The notes below the pieces were generated by a model. That model saw only the letters and a program-made list of their open reading frames with translations. It was not told where the DNA came from and ran no database searches. From positions 1 to 50,031 of the forward strand of contig JBIOXB010000033.1 in the NCBI GenBank assembly GCA_044869275.1: DNA of 50,031 nt, in the 5' to 3' direction. A program made the translations under genes and the position numbers. Numbering within the stretch: the stretch's first letter is position 1; each line of letters starts with the position of its first letter. This DNA is from a bacterium. GTDB lineage: Bacteria; Zhuqueibacterota; Zhuqueibacteria; Zhuqueibacterales; Zhuqueibacteraceae. Positions 1-9,551 of this stretch are shown here, one piece after another.

Positions 1-229
1 GTTGTTTCTATCCGCTGGAGAATTCTCGCTTTTTAAAGGTGCCTAAATTTTCTTGTTGCCTCCGCAATCGCGCGCGTTTTCAGGTATTTCCTCCGCGATT
101 TTGAACGCCGTTTTTCCAAAGTTTGGATCATTTTTGAACAACAGCAGCGTTTGGGCTCAGGCACGAGCTGGCCGGCAGGGCCTTCGCCTGCCGGCGGTTT
201 GACACATTAGGATGAAAGATTGTTGCGCT

Positions 230-715
230 ATGGTCGAACGGATTACGATTGGCTTGTATTTCCTCACGGTTGCGCTGTGGCTGGGCAGCGCATTTTTCAT
301 GGCTTTTGTCATTGCCCCAAAAACTTTTCAATTCTTTCCCTCCCGCACCAAGGCCGGCAACCTGCTCAGCAGCTTCTTGAAATCGTTTGACATTCTGAAG
401 ATTTTTCTTATATTAGGCTTGGTTTCATTCAGTCTGGTGCGTGGCTCGGAGAGTCCACTACCGGCGCCATCCCTACCCGAAGTCGCCGCCATTTTTTTGC
501 TGGCAGCGAGTTGGGCGAGCCACCATTTCCTGCTGGGCCCCAAAATGGACGAATTACGGTTGGCGATTGGCTGCTTTGATGGAGCGCCCGCAGATGCTCC
601 CGAACGTGTGGTGTTCGCGCGTTTGCACAGTGTGGCGATGTTTTTGACTTTGGGAGATTTTGCCGCGGGGCTCTTTCTGCTGTTTTACGCGATCCTGCGT
701 TTGCCGGGAAATTGA
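230..715 (+). CDS. DUF4149/TMEM205-like membrane protein
   Basis: Four hydrophobic segments. LWLGS..F...VIAP..F near the N-terminus and F.RLH..A near the C-terminus. Start could be 212 or 230. Confidence 0.7.
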   Translation: MVERITIGLYFLTVALWLGSAFFMAFVIAPKTFQFFPSRTKAGNLLSSFLKSFDILKIFLILGLVSFSLVRGSESPLPAPSLPEVAAIFLLAASWASHHFLLGPKMDELRLAIGCFDGAPADAPERVVFARLHSVAMFLTLGDFAAGLFLLFYAILRLPGN

Positions 716-907
716 GTCGACGCCGGAAATGGGGCGAAAGCCGGGTTGTCATCCCTTGCGGCCCGAAAGAATCTCCCGATGGCGCATCCGCCCCGCCGAA
801 TTTTTTGCCTGCCCGAAATTCCCACGCTCCAATTTCTGAATGAAGTCCGCCTCGCGCGCTAAGCGCCCTAAGATCGTCAAACTCGAAACTTTATCGGCCA
901 ATTCTCT

Positions 908-1759
908 ATGAATCAAATGAATCCCTCAATGCCGGCAAAGCCGCCGGTCGCAAAAAATATTATCGCCGTTGCCAGTGGCAAAGGCGGAGTGGGCAAGACC
1001 ACGGTTTCCGTCAATCTGGCGATTGCGTTGGCGCAAAAAGGCTTCACCGTCGGACTGCTGGACGCCGATATCTATGGTCCGAACGTGCCGATGATGACGA
1101 ACACGTTGGAAGCCAAGCTCGATGGCACGCCGCAGGGCCGCATCAAGCCCATTGAAAAATTCGGCCTGCGCCTGGTGTCGATCGGATACGTGAGTCAAGG
1201 CGACACCGCGGTGATTTGGCGGGGGCCGCTGGTCGGGCGCATGATTACGCAATTTCTCACGGAAGTCGAATGGGGCGATCTGGAGTATTTGATCGTCGAT
1301 CTGCCTCCGGGAACGGGTGATGCGCAATTGACCTTGTCGCAGGCGGTGGCGTTGACCGGCGCGGTGATCGTGACCACGCCGCAAGATGTCGCATTGAGCG
1401 ACGCCAAAAAAGGCATTAACATGTTCCGCAAAGTGGAAGTGCCGGTGCTGGGCGTGATCGAAAATATGAGCTACTTCATTTGCCCGCATTGCCGCGAGCG
1501 CACCGAGATTTTTTCGCACGGCGGCGGGCGCACGGCCGCCCAAAAATTCGAAGCACCGTTTTTGGGCGAGGTGCCGTTGCACGTCGCGATTCGGCAGGGT
1601 GGGGACGAAGGAAGTCCGATCGTCACGCAACCAGGTGACAATCCGGTCAAAGAAGCATTCAACAAAATCGCCGGCGAATTGCTCGCGCAAATCGAAGCGC
1701 GGCAAGCCGGGCGGGATCGTGAACAGAGCGTTCTCGGAAAAGTTTTCAAGTTATCGTGA
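908..1759 (+). CDS. apbC: Mrp/NBP35 (ApbC) Fe-S cluster carrier ATPase
   Basis: VASGKGGVGKTT, DADIYGP, WRGP, DLPPGTGD, ENMS and CPHC motifs. Confidence 0.95.
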   Translation: MNQMNPSMPAKPPVAKNIIAVASGKGGVGKTTVSVNLAIALAQKGFTVGLLDADIYGPNVPMMTNTLEAKLDGTPQGRIKPIEKFGLRLVSIGYVSQGDTAVIWRGPLVGRMITQFLTEVEWGDLEYLIVDLPPGTGDAQLTLSQAVALTGAVIVTTPQDVALSDAKKGINMFRKVEVPVLGVIENMSYFICPHCRERTEIFSHGGGRTAAQKFEAPFLGEVPLHVAIRQGGDEGSPIVTQPGDNPVKEAFNKIAGELLAQIEARQAGRDREQSVLGKVFKLS

Positions 1760-1941
1760 GCAGTGGAGATGGAAGCTACCGGAAATGGCACGGGCGCAGG
1801 CATGAATGCTGCACCGCCGCGTACAGCGACTGATTTACGCATTTTTCACGCGGCGGGCGTAATAGAATTTGCAGGACGCTCTCCTGCCCCAAGATATTGC
1901 TATCTCCGGAGAGAAACAGTGATGCAGCGCAAGAGGATCTT

Positions 1942-2964
1942 ATGGCGAGCAACGATCAAGCAACAATAAATCCATCTCCAGCCGGGCAAACTGCAGCAGC
2001 GCCCGCCGGCGCGACGAACGCGCAAGATTCCGGTGATCTGAAAGTGCGCTTTTGGGGCGTGCGCGGGAGTTACCCCGTGCCGGGCCCCAAAACCGTAAAA
2101 TACGGCGGCAACACCTCCTGTGTCGAAATCCGCAATCATCACCACCGCATCATTTTAGACGCGGGCACGGGCATCATCGGCCTGGGCGATGCGGTGATGG
2201 CGGAATTTCGCAGCTTGCGTCAAAATCACGGCGAAAAGAATCACACCGAATTGCCGCTCACCATTCTGTTGAGCCACACGCATCACGATCACATTCAAGC
2301 ATTGCCTTTTTTCCAGCCGGCTTATTTCAGCGAGACCTGCTTGTATGTTTTCGGCCCGCAATCTTTGGGCACGGATTTGCGCGAAAGCATCGCGCAGATC
2401 ATGACGGCGCGCTATTGCCCCATTCGCCTGGAAGAATTGAACGCCAGCAAAGTGATCAAGAATCTGGCGGATTCCGATTGCCTGATCTTTCGCAGCGCAG
2501 CGCTGGCGCCGGAGCATTTTCACTCGCGGCAGGAAATGCCGCCGCTGCAGCCGGAAGATTTGCTGGTCACGCTCATGCGCAGCTACGCCCATCCCAAAGA
2601 CGGTGTTTTCGTGTTTAAAATCGCGCACAACGGCAGATGCGTGGTTTACGCCACGGATACCGAAGGTTATCACGGCGGCGACGCGCGCTTGATCGAATTC
2701 GCCCAGAGCGCCGATTTGTTGATTCACGATGCGCAATACACTCAGGAAGAGTACACGGATCCGGTCACACCCCGGCAGGGGTTCGGGCATAGCACGATTG
2801 ACATGGCCTGTGAAGTGGCGCGCAAAGCCGGGGTCAACAAGCTGGTTTTGTTCCATCACGATCCGCGCCACAGCGACGATGAAATCGGGCGTCTGGAAAG
2901 GCATGCGCGCACGCTGTTTCCCGAAGCCCACGCCGCGCATGAGGGCATGGAAATCGTTTTGTAG
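1942..2964 (+). CDS. MBL-fold metallo-hydrolase
   Basis: FWGVRGS..GGNTSC, ILDAGTG, SHTHHDH, DAQY, GHS and FHHDP motifs. ATG 1942 chosen over TTG 1897. Confidence 0.9.
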   Translation: MASNDQATINPSPAGQTAAAPAGATNAQDSGDLKVRFWGVRGSYPVPGPKTVKYGGNTSCVEIRNHHHRIILDAGTGIIGLGDAVMAEFRSLRQNHGEKNHTELPLTILLSHTHHDHIQALPFFQPAYFSETCLYVFGPQSLGTDLRESIAQIMTARYCPIRLEELNASKVIKNLADSDCLIFRSAALAPEHFHSRQEMPPLQPEDLLVTLMRSYAHPKDGVFVFKIAHNGRCVVYATDTEGYHGGDARLIEFAQSADLLIHDAQYTQEEYTDPVTPRQGFGHSTIDMACEVARKAGVNKLVLFHHDPRHSDDEIGRLERHARTLFPEAHAAHEGMEIVL

Positions 2965-3076
2965 CGAGTTTGTTTCCTTGTCCGCGCCCCTCGGCATCAT
3001 TGCCAAAACCTCAGGCCTCGCCTCCGGCGCGGAAATTCGGTTGCCGCTCGACCATTGCCTCCAACCCATCATCGTG

Positions 3077-3589
3077 ATGACCTCTATGCCTGCAGCCTCT
3101 GCCCAAGAATTCTCCGCTTCGGCCACCGCCGAAATGATGGAAATGGTTTTGCCGAACGACGCCAACATGCTCGGCAACATTCTCGGCGGCAAAGTGATGC
3201 ATTTGATCGACATTGTCGCCGCCACCGCTGCCGCGCGCCATGCCCGCCAGCCCGTGGTCACCGCCAGCGTCGATTATCTCGAATTTCGCCATCCCGTCAA
3301 AGTCGGCCAGTTGATCATACTCAAAGCCGCGGTCAATCGCGTCTTCCACACCTCGATGGAAATCGGCGTCAAAGTTTGGTCGGAAAATTTGCAAAACGGT
3401 GAGCGGCGCCACACCAGTTCCGCTTATTTGACCTTCGTCGCGCTGGATGGGAAGGGCAGGCCTGCGGTGGTGGCGCCCTATGTGCCCGTGACCCCGCAAG
3501 AACAACGCCGCTGGCGCGAAGCCGAGTTGCGCCGCGCCAATCGTCTGCAAATGAAAACGCGATTGGCCCAGCTCGGCGAGAAGCAATAA
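3077..3589 (+). CDS. Acyl-CoA thioesterase (YciA-type hotdog fold)
   Basis: VLPNDAN..G...GG, VVTASVD, TSMEIGV and AYLTFVALD..G.P motifs. The upstream part of ORF 2729 overlaps the previous gene and is not used. Confidence 0.92.
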   Translation: MTSMPAASAQEFSASATAEMMEMVLPNDANMLGNILGGKVMHLIDIVAATAAARHARQPVVTASVDYLEFRHPVKVGQLIILKAAVNRVFHTSMEIGVKVWSENLQNGERRHTSSAYLTFVALDGKGRPAVVAPYVPVTPQEQRRWREAELRRANRLQMKTRLAQLGEKQ

Positions 3590-3645
3590 ACCACGTCCCC
3601 TTGCGCGGCGCGGAAATTGAGCTGTCGAGGCATGCGCTGATCATC

Positions 3646-4785
3646 ATGGCTGGCCCACAACAACAAAACGAAACTCAATCCTCTCTGACGCAAAAGCTCA
3701 AAGCCTATGCTGCGTCGGCTGGTTGCGATTTGGTGGGCGTCGCGCCCATTCGCGCTTTTGAGGAATTGGAGTTCTATCCGCCATGGCTGGAAGCGGGTCA
3801 CGCGGGTGAAATGGACTATCTGCACCGCCAACTGCCCAAGCGTTTGGACCCTCGCCAAATCCTGCCCGAAGCCAGATCCGTCGTGGTCATCGGATTGAAT
3901 TATCACACCTCGCAACCGCTTTCCATCTCCGTCGATGATCCCGAGCGCGGCTGGATTTCACGCTATGCCTGGGGCGAGGACTACCACGAAGTTCTGGGCC
4001 GGATCTTGGCGCAGCTCGACGCGTATTTGAGGCGTGAAGCCGGCGCAGAGTATCAAGGCAAATATTACGTCGATACCGGGCCGGTGCTCGATCGCGTGTT
4101 CGCCAAATACGCCGGCCTGGGCTGGTTCGGAAAAAACACCAACCTCATCAATCAGCGCATGGGCAGTTGGTTTTTCATCGGCGAATTGATTACCAATCTG
4201 CCTTTGGAAATAGACTCGCCTCCGCCCGACCGCTGTGGCACGTGCCGGCGCTGTCTCGACGCCTGCCCGACCGAGGCTTTCGTTCAGCCATACGTCCTTG
4301 ACTCGAAGCGTTGTATATCCTATCTTAGTATCGAATTGCGCGGCACGATCCCCGCGGAATTGCGGCCGGGGATGGGGGCGCACGTGTTCGGCTGCGACAT
4401 TTGCCAGGACGTCTGCCCATGGAACCGAAAAGCGCCGTTCACGCTGAATCCCGCTTTTTCGGCACGAGAAAACCTGGCCGCGCCGTTGCTGTCCGAGCTC
4501 GCTGAGATGGATGAGAGGGCTTTTCGTGAGCGGTTTCGCGGTTCGCCGCTCAAACGCGCCAAATGGCGCGGCTTCATGCGGAATGTGCTCGTGGTCCTGG
4601 GAAATAGCGGGCAGAAAAAGTTTCAACAAGTGATTGAGCGATTCCTGCACCACACGGATGGCATGTTGGCTGAAACTGCGGCTTGGGCGCGCCAACGGTT
4701 GCAGAACGACAATGACAGGGAAGAGAGAAAACTGCCGCCTCCCTCTGCGGAGCAGGTGGCGGTTCATGGCCGCACCAAAATCTGA
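3646..4785 (+). CDS. queG: tRNA epoxyqueuosine(34) reductase
   Basis: ISRYAWG.DYH, VDTGPVLDR, GWFGKN, CGTCRRCLDACPT, RCISY and GCDICQDVCPWN motifs. Confidence 0.95.
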   Translation: MAGPQQQNETQSSLTQKLKAYAASAGCDLVGVAPIRAFEELEFYPPWLEAGHAGEMDYLHRQLPKRLDPRQILPEARSVVVIGLNYHTSQPLSISVDDPERGWISRYAWGEDYHEVLGRILAQLDAYLRREAGAEYQGKYYVDTGPVLDRVFAKYAGLGWFGKNTNLINQRMGSWFFIGELITNLPLEIDSPPPDRCGTCRRCLDACPTEAFVQPYVLDSKRCISYLSIELRGTIPAELRPGMGAHVFGCDICQDVCPWNRKAPFTLNPAFSARENLAAPLLSELAEMDERAFRERFRGSPLKRAKWRGFMRNVLVVLGNSGQKKFQQVIERFLHHTDGMLAETAAWARQRLQNDNDREERKLPPPSAEQVAVHGRTKI

Positions 4786-4792
4786 GGCGCTT

Positions 4793-5467
4793 ATGTCGGA
4801 AATACTCCTGCCCATCTTCCCGCTGCCCAACGTGGTTTTTTTTCCGAAGATTTTTTTGCCACTGCACATCTTCGAACCTCGTTACAAGCAGATGATAGAG
4901 GAAGCGTTGCAAAGGGAAAGACAGATCGGCATGATTCTCTTGCGCGAGGGCTGGCAAACGGATTATTTCGGCTCACCGCCGGTGCACCGCATCGGCTGCA
5001 TGGGTAAAATCGAAACATATGAGAAGCTGCCGCAAGGCCGTTTCAATATTTTGCTGCACGGTCTTCATCGCTTCGAGATTCTCAAATTCCTGAAGGAAAA
5101 ACCGTATCGTCTGGCCGAGGTCAAGCTGCTGGACGATTCGCCGTTCCCGCTGGAGCAGGACGACCAGCTCAAAGTGCGGGACGCGCTCTTGGAAAAGTTC
5201 GTCGTTTATTTGACCGAAGTGCTGGGCATGGAGTTGCAGGAGGACCGTCTGGATCGTGCCGCGCCCTTGGAAACCGTCGTCAATCAAGTCGCGGCCGTGC
5301 TGGATATCCCCGTACAGAAAAAGCAAACGTTGCTTGAAATTATGGCGATGGAGACGCGCCTGGCAGAGGTGAAGGGCATCGTGGAAAACAGCCTGAGATA
5401 CGCCGAAAAGCTTCGCGGGGTGGTGCAGCGCATGCGTTTCGCGCCTGAAAATCCGGAGGTCAATTAG
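4793..5467 (+). CDS. Lon peptidase substrate-binding (Lon-N) domain protein
   Basis: LPIFPLPNVVFFP..LPLHIFEPRY motif. No ATPase or protease domain. Start 4793 or 4766. Confidence 0.9.
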   Translation: MSEILLPIFPLPNVVFFPKIFLPLHIFEPRYKQMIEEALQRERQIGMILLREGWQTDYFGSPPVHRIGCMGKIETYEKLPQGRFNILLHGLHRFEILKFLKEKPYRLAEVKLLDDSPFPLEQDDQLKVRDALLEKFVVYLTEVLGMELQEDRLDRAAPLETVVNQVAAVLDIPVQKKQTLLEIMAMETRLAEVKGIVENSLRYAEKLRGVVQRMRFAPENPEVN

Positions 5468-5472
5468 CCGCG

Positions 5473-5895
5473 ATGAATGTCGAATTTCTCTGCCCACATT
5501 GCCGCGCGGAAAACCGTTCCGAAACTTTGCCGGTGGAAAATGTGAGCTGCAACAAATGCGGGCAAAAGGTGGCGTTGCGATTAAGCGCCGAAAGCCAGGC
5601 CTCGGGCATGATCGAGCACTGCGCCGTGTGCGGCAACAACGGGTTCTATTTGCAAAAAGACTTCAACCCCCGCCTGGGCATATTGATTTTTGCGATTGGC
5701 GTTATTTTTAGTTACCATACCAAGTTTCTCAGCCTGTTCATTACCACGGCCATTGATTTTGTCCTGTATTATGCGCTGCCCACGGTGACGGTGTGCTATC
5801 AATGCCGGGCGATCTATCGTGAGTACAATGAGAATCCGCGGCATCAAGGCTTCAATCACCTGATGGCGTTGAAATATTCGAAAACCGCGACATGA
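5473..5895 (+). CDS. Zinc-ribbon membrane protein (hypothetical)
   Basis: Four CxxC motifs (CPHC, CNKC, CAVC, CYQC) and a hydrophobic hairpin. Operonic spacing. Confidence 0.75.
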   Translation: MNVEFLCPHCRAENRSETLPVENVSCNKCGQKVALRLSAESQASGMIEHCAVCGNNGFYLQKDFNPRLGILIFAIGVIFSYHTKFLSLFITTAIDFVLYYALPTVTVCYQCRAIYREYNENPRHQGFNHLMALKYSKTAT

Positions 5896-6137
5896 AAATT
5901 TCCATATTGCTGTTTGCGGCCTTGCGCGAGGCCGTGGGCGTGTCTCGCGTCGAAATGGAAATGCCGGAAGACACGACGCCACGCCGCCTCGCCGAGGCTT
6001 TGGCGGAACGCTACCCCAGGCTGCGTCCGCATCTTCCGGCCATGGCTTTTGCGCTGGACGGCGAGTTTGTCGCCGCCGATGCCCATTTGCAAAATGCCAG
6101 AGAACTGGCCTTGTTGCCGCCGGTGAGTGGGGGATGA
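5892..6137 (+). CDS. moaD: Molybdopterin synthase sulfur carrier subunit
   Basis: LFAALREAVG near the start, C-terminal PPVSGG, moaE nearby. Confidence 0.93.
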   Translation: MKISILLFAALREAVGVSRVEMEMPEDTTPRRLAEALAERYPRLRPHLPAMAFALDGEFVAADAHLQNARELALLPPVSGG

Positions 6138-6211
6138 CTTTGGTGATGGAGGTCCAGTCATCAGTGCTCAGCCGTTTGAAGTGAAATCATGCGGGGAGGT
6201 GAAATCAAACC

Positions 6212-7060
6212 ATGATCAATACGCTGAAAATCTATGAAGAGCTGCAGGAGGCCATGGCTCCGGAAGCCGCTCAACGCATTGCAAAAGTGATGGGCACGAT
6301 CTATGAAGACTTGCAAAGTACTGTCAGTAAGAAAGAGTTTGGCGAGTTGACGGCAGTGGTGCAAGAACTGGCCGAAGCGCAAAAGCGCACAGCGCTGAAG
6401 GTCGAAGAATTGGCTGAAGCACAGACGCGCACTGCGCTGAAAGTCGAAGAAATGGCTGAAGCACAGACACGCACAGCGCTGAAAGTCGAAGAATTGGCTG
6501 AAGCACAGACGCGCACAGCGCTGAAAGTCGAAGAATGGGCTGAAGCACAAACACGCATTGTTCTTAAAGTCGAGAAATTGGCTGAGGCTCAGAGAAAAAC
6601 TGAATTGGAACTGCAAACGCTGGTCAAATCGATTGGCCGCCTCGACCGTGCGCAACAAGAGACACAAAAGGAGCTCGGTGGCGTCTCTACAAGCGTTGGC
6701 CACCGGCTCGAAGACATTTCCTATAAAGCCTTGCCCAAACTGCTCAAGCGGGATTACGGCCTGTCGATCAAGGGCGGTTTGCGAAGGGAATACGTCAAAG
6801 GCAAAACCGGCCAGTTTATCGAAATTAACATCAGCGGCAAAGCTCGGCGAAACGACAAAGAGATTACGATCGCCGGCGAAAGCAAGAGCAGGCTTTCCCG
6901 CAAAGGTGTGGACGAATTCCTTCGGAAGAAAGTGCAACGTATCGCAGGCGTTTATCCTAATCTTTTTCCAGTTATGATCACGTATATGATCGCGGACCAC
7001 AATGTTGAAAACTACGCCAAGCAGAAAGGCGTTGCACTCTATTATTCTTATGATTTTTGA
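6212..7060 (+). CDS. Coiled-coil repeat protein with PD-(D/E)xK-like C-terminal domain
   Basis: GGAGG RBS. Repeated ELAEAQTRTALKVE units. C-terminal EINI.G...GESK motif. Confidence 0.75.
   Translation: MINTLKIYEELQEAMAPEAAQRIAKVMGTIYEDLQSTVSKKEFGELTAVVQELAEAQKRTALKVEELAEAQTRTALKVEEMAEAQTRTALKVEELAEAQTRTALKVEEWAEAQTRIVLKVEKLAEAQRKTELELQTLVKSIGRLDRAQQETQKELGGVSTSVGHRLEDISYKALPKLLKRDYGLSIKGGLRREYVKGKTGQFIEINISGKARRNDKEITIAGESKSRLSRKGVDEFLRKKVQRIAGVYPNLFPVMITYMIADHNVENYAKQKGVALYYSYDF
6365..6616 (+). repeat. In-frame 42-bp tandem repeat, about 6 copies (14-aa unit)
   Basis: gaattggctgaagcacagacgcgcacagcgctgaaagtcgaa repeated with mostly synonymous variation. Confidence 0.92.
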
Positions 7061-7075
7061 ATCGCGTTCAATCCT

Positions 7076-7543
7076 ATGATTCAAATCACTGCTCAGGCCA
7101 TAGACCCTGCTCTGCTGCTGGCGGCCGTCGCCGATGAGGGCAGCGGCGGCATGGTGCTGTTTTTGGGCACGGTGCGCGATCATGCCCAAGGCCAGCAAGT
7201 TGTGGCTTTGGAATATGAAGCCTATGAGCCCATGGCGCTGCGGCAAATGGAGCTTATTGCTGACGAAATTCGCAAGCAGTGGCCGGTGCGCCGCCTGGCG
7301 ATGGTGCATCGTACCGGCTATATGAAAGTCGGTGAAATCAGCGTTGCCATTGCGGTGGCTTGCGCGCATCGCGCCGAGGCGTTTGCAGCGTGCCGTTATG
7401 CCATTGATACTTTGAAGCATGCCGTTCCGATTTGGAAAAAAGAATACCGCCCTGACGGCAGTCATTGGGTCGAAGGCTGCCACGCGCACGCCGTCGCCGC
7501 GCCGTCGCCCATGTATTCAACAGAAGAGGAAGCTGTGCTATGA
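7076..7543 (+). CDS. moaE: Molybdopterin synthase catalytic subunit
   Basis: F.GTVRD, LEYEAY.PMA, HR.G, HRAEAF.ACRY.ID.LK..VPIWKKE motifs. Confidence 0.95.
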   Translation: MIQITAQAIDPALLLAAVADEGSGGMVLFLGTVRDHAQGQQVVALEYEAYEPMALRQMELIADEIRKQWPVRRLAMVHRTGYMKVGEISVAIAVACAHRAEAFAACRYAIDTLKHAVPIWKKEYRPDGSHWVEGCHAHAVAAPSPMYSTEEEAVL

Positions 7544-7845
7544 TGGTCGAGCTGAGCATCTTGCCGCTGGGCAAGGAAATTCACATGAGCAAGTATGTGG
7601 CAGAAGCGGTGAAGATCGTGCACGCCAGCGGCCTCGAGTATCGCCTCACGCCCATGGGCACGCTGCTCGTCGGCGAATGGGAGCCGGTGATGGAGGTCGT
7701 GCGCCAATGCCACGAGGCCGTGCGCGAACACTGCGATCGCGTCGTGACCAAGATCAAAATTGACGATCTCAAAGGCTCGAAAAAAATGCCGGAAGACAAA
7801 GTGAACGCGGTGGAAAAACTGCTGGGCTTTGCCGTGAAGAAGTAA
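7540..7845 (+). CDS. MTH1187/YqgV thiamine-binding family protein
   Basis: ELSILPLG....SKYVA, SGL.Y.LTPMGT and RV.T.IKIDD motifs. ATGA overlap with the moaE stop. Confidence 0.88.
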   Translation: MMVELSILPLGKEIHMSKYVAEAVKIVHASGLEYRLTPMGTLLVGEWEPVMEVVRQCHEAVREHCDRVVTKIKIDDLKGSKKMPEDKVNAVEKLLGFAVKK

Positions 7846-8016
7846 TTCTTTTGTTTTCCCCGTTCCACTCGGGCAGCGATTTATGAAACTTTGATTCACC
7901 GGATGTGGTTTTGGGCGACGCCTGGTCTGACGCAGAACGTCTGTTGCGCGCATGCCCACGAAGTTCGTGGGAACGAGAGAAAATATTGCTATTCGCCACT
8001 TGCAGGAGGAGGAAGC

Positions 8017-8538
8017 GTGTCCCCGAACGGTACTGCAGTACTGGTGCTATTGCCGAGCACTTCTTTTCGTGAAGAAGAATATCACGCCGCGCGCCAAGCC
8101 CTGGAAAAGCGCGGCCTGCAAGTCGTCATTGCTTCAACCGTCAAAAAAGGAGCGGTCGGAAGCCAGGGCAGCTTCGTGCAACCCGATTTGCTCATCGATG
8201 AAGTCAAGCCGGAGGACTATGCCGGCGTGGTGCTGATCGGCGGGCATGGCGCGAGCCAATACTGGCATGATGTCAAAGCGCATGAAATCATTCGCGCGCA
8301 TGAGAAGTCCGGGAAAATCATCGCCGCCATCGACCGCGCTCCGGTGACGCTGAGCGTCGCAGGTGTGCTCAAAAACAGAAAGGTTACGGGACACATATCG
8401 ATTTTCGAGAAGCTCGTCAATTCGGGCGGTATCTATACCGGCGCGAAAGTGGAGCGCGACGGAAACATTCTCACCGGCGAAGGCGCGAATGCGGCCTCGG
8501 CTTTCGCTGAAGCGCTGGCGCAGGCGTTTGGAAAATGA
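8017..8538 (+). CDS. DJ-1/PfpI family protein (catalytic Cys replaced by Asp)
   Basis: GGAGGAGG RBS then GTG. F.EEE, DY.GVVLIGG.GA, K.IAAI, AGVLK.RK.T and VE.DGNILT motifs. Confidence 0.88.
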   Translation: MSPNGTAVLVLLPSTSFREEEYHAARQALEKRGLQVVIASTVKKGAVGSQGSFVQPDLLIDEVKPEDYAGVVLIGGHGASQYWHDVKAHEIIRAHEKSGKIIAAIDRAPVTLSVAGVLKNRKVTGHISIFEKLVNSGGIYTGAKVERDGNILTGEGANAASAFAEALAQAFGK

Positions 8539-8544
8539 AGGACG

Positions 8545-9513
8545 ATGCCAGAACCATTCGTTTACAATTCCTACGGCAGGTTTCTACAGGAGAAATTCGG
8601 CACACGCGTGCACAAGGTGAGCGTGCACGCCGGCTTTACCTGCCCCAATCGCGACGGCACGGTGGCGCGCGGCGGGTGCACGTATTGCAATATCGTGAGC
8701 TTCACGCCGGAAAGTGCGCGGCCGCGTTTTTCCGTGCGCGATCAAATTGAAACCGGCATCCGTTTCGTGCGACAGCGCTTTCATGCCGATAAATTCCTGG
8801 TGTATTTTCAGCCGTACAGTAATACCTACGCCCCTGTCGCACATCTTGAGGAACTTTTTCGTGATGCACTGCATCATCCGGCGGTGGTGGGGTTGTCCAT
8901 TGGCACGCGCCCGGATTGCGTGGACGACGAAAAATTTGCGCTCCTGGCCGATTTGGCGCAAGAGACGGACCTCAGTTTGGAATTCGGCATCGAATCGGTC
9001 TATGATGATACCTTGCGGGCGATCAATCGCGGCCATGATTTTGCCTGCACCCAGCGCGCGATTGGCCGCGCCCGAGAGTTTGGGTTGCGCGTCACCGGCC
9101 ACACGATTTTGGGCTTTCCCAATGAAACTGAAGCGCAGATGCTGGCCTCCGCCGAGGTGATCAACACGCTGGGGCTGGAGATTCTGAAAATTCACAATCT
9201 GCACGTCGTGCGGCACACGGAATTGGCACGGCAATTCCAGCGCGAGCCGTTTCACGTTTTTTCATTCGAAGAATGGCAGGATCTTGTCATTCGCTATCTC
9301 GAACGGCTTTCGCCCGGCATGGTGATTGAGCGTCTGTACGGTGATGCGCCGCGGGAATTGCTGATCGCGCCGCGCTGGCATATGTCGCGCGCAGAAGTGG
9401 TGCAAGGCATCGAGCGTGAGATGCGCAGGCGGCAAACGCATCAGGGCCGGCTCTGCGCTTGCGCTGTGGCCCGGCCGCCGGTGGTGAATCGGACCGCGGG
9501 TTTGTTGCATTGA
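8545..9513 (+). CDS. TIGR01212 (YhcC-like) radical SAM protein
   Basis: GFTCPNRDG...GGCTYC, YFQ.YSNTY, GTRPDC, INRGH and KIHNLHV motifs. Confidence 0.93.
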   Translation: MPEPFVYNSYGRFLQEKFGTRVHKVSVHAGFTCPNRDGTVARGGCTYCNIVSFTPESARPRFSVRDQIETGIRFVRQRFHADKFLVYFQPYSNTYAPVAHLEELFRDALHHPAVVGLSIGTRPDCVDDEKFALLADLAQETDLSLEFGIESVYDDTLRAINRGHDFACTQRAIGRAREFGLRVTGHTILGFPNETEAQMLASAEVINTLGLEILKIHNLHVVRHTELARQFQREPFHVFSFEEWQDLVIRYLERLSPGMVIERLYGDAPRELLIAPRWHMSRAEVVQGIEREMRRRQTHQGRLCACAVARPPVVNRTAGLLH

Positions 9514-9551
9514 ACCAACGGCTCGCAGAGCCCGGGATTTCGCATTCTCGC

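Noticed and set aside
1763..1969. ORF after the apbC TGA as possible read-through or selenoprotein extension
   Set aside because: apbC is complete, no SECIS-like context was recognised, and the peptide has no motif.
6365..6616. 42-bp repeats as a possible CRISPR array
   Set aside because: The repeats are contiguous with no spacers, in frame within a CDS and vary mostly synonymously. No cas genes are present.
3590..7540. preQ1, Moco or TPP riboswitches near queG, moaDE and the thiamine-binding gene
   Set aside because: The intergenic gaps are too short and no consensus motifs were recognised.
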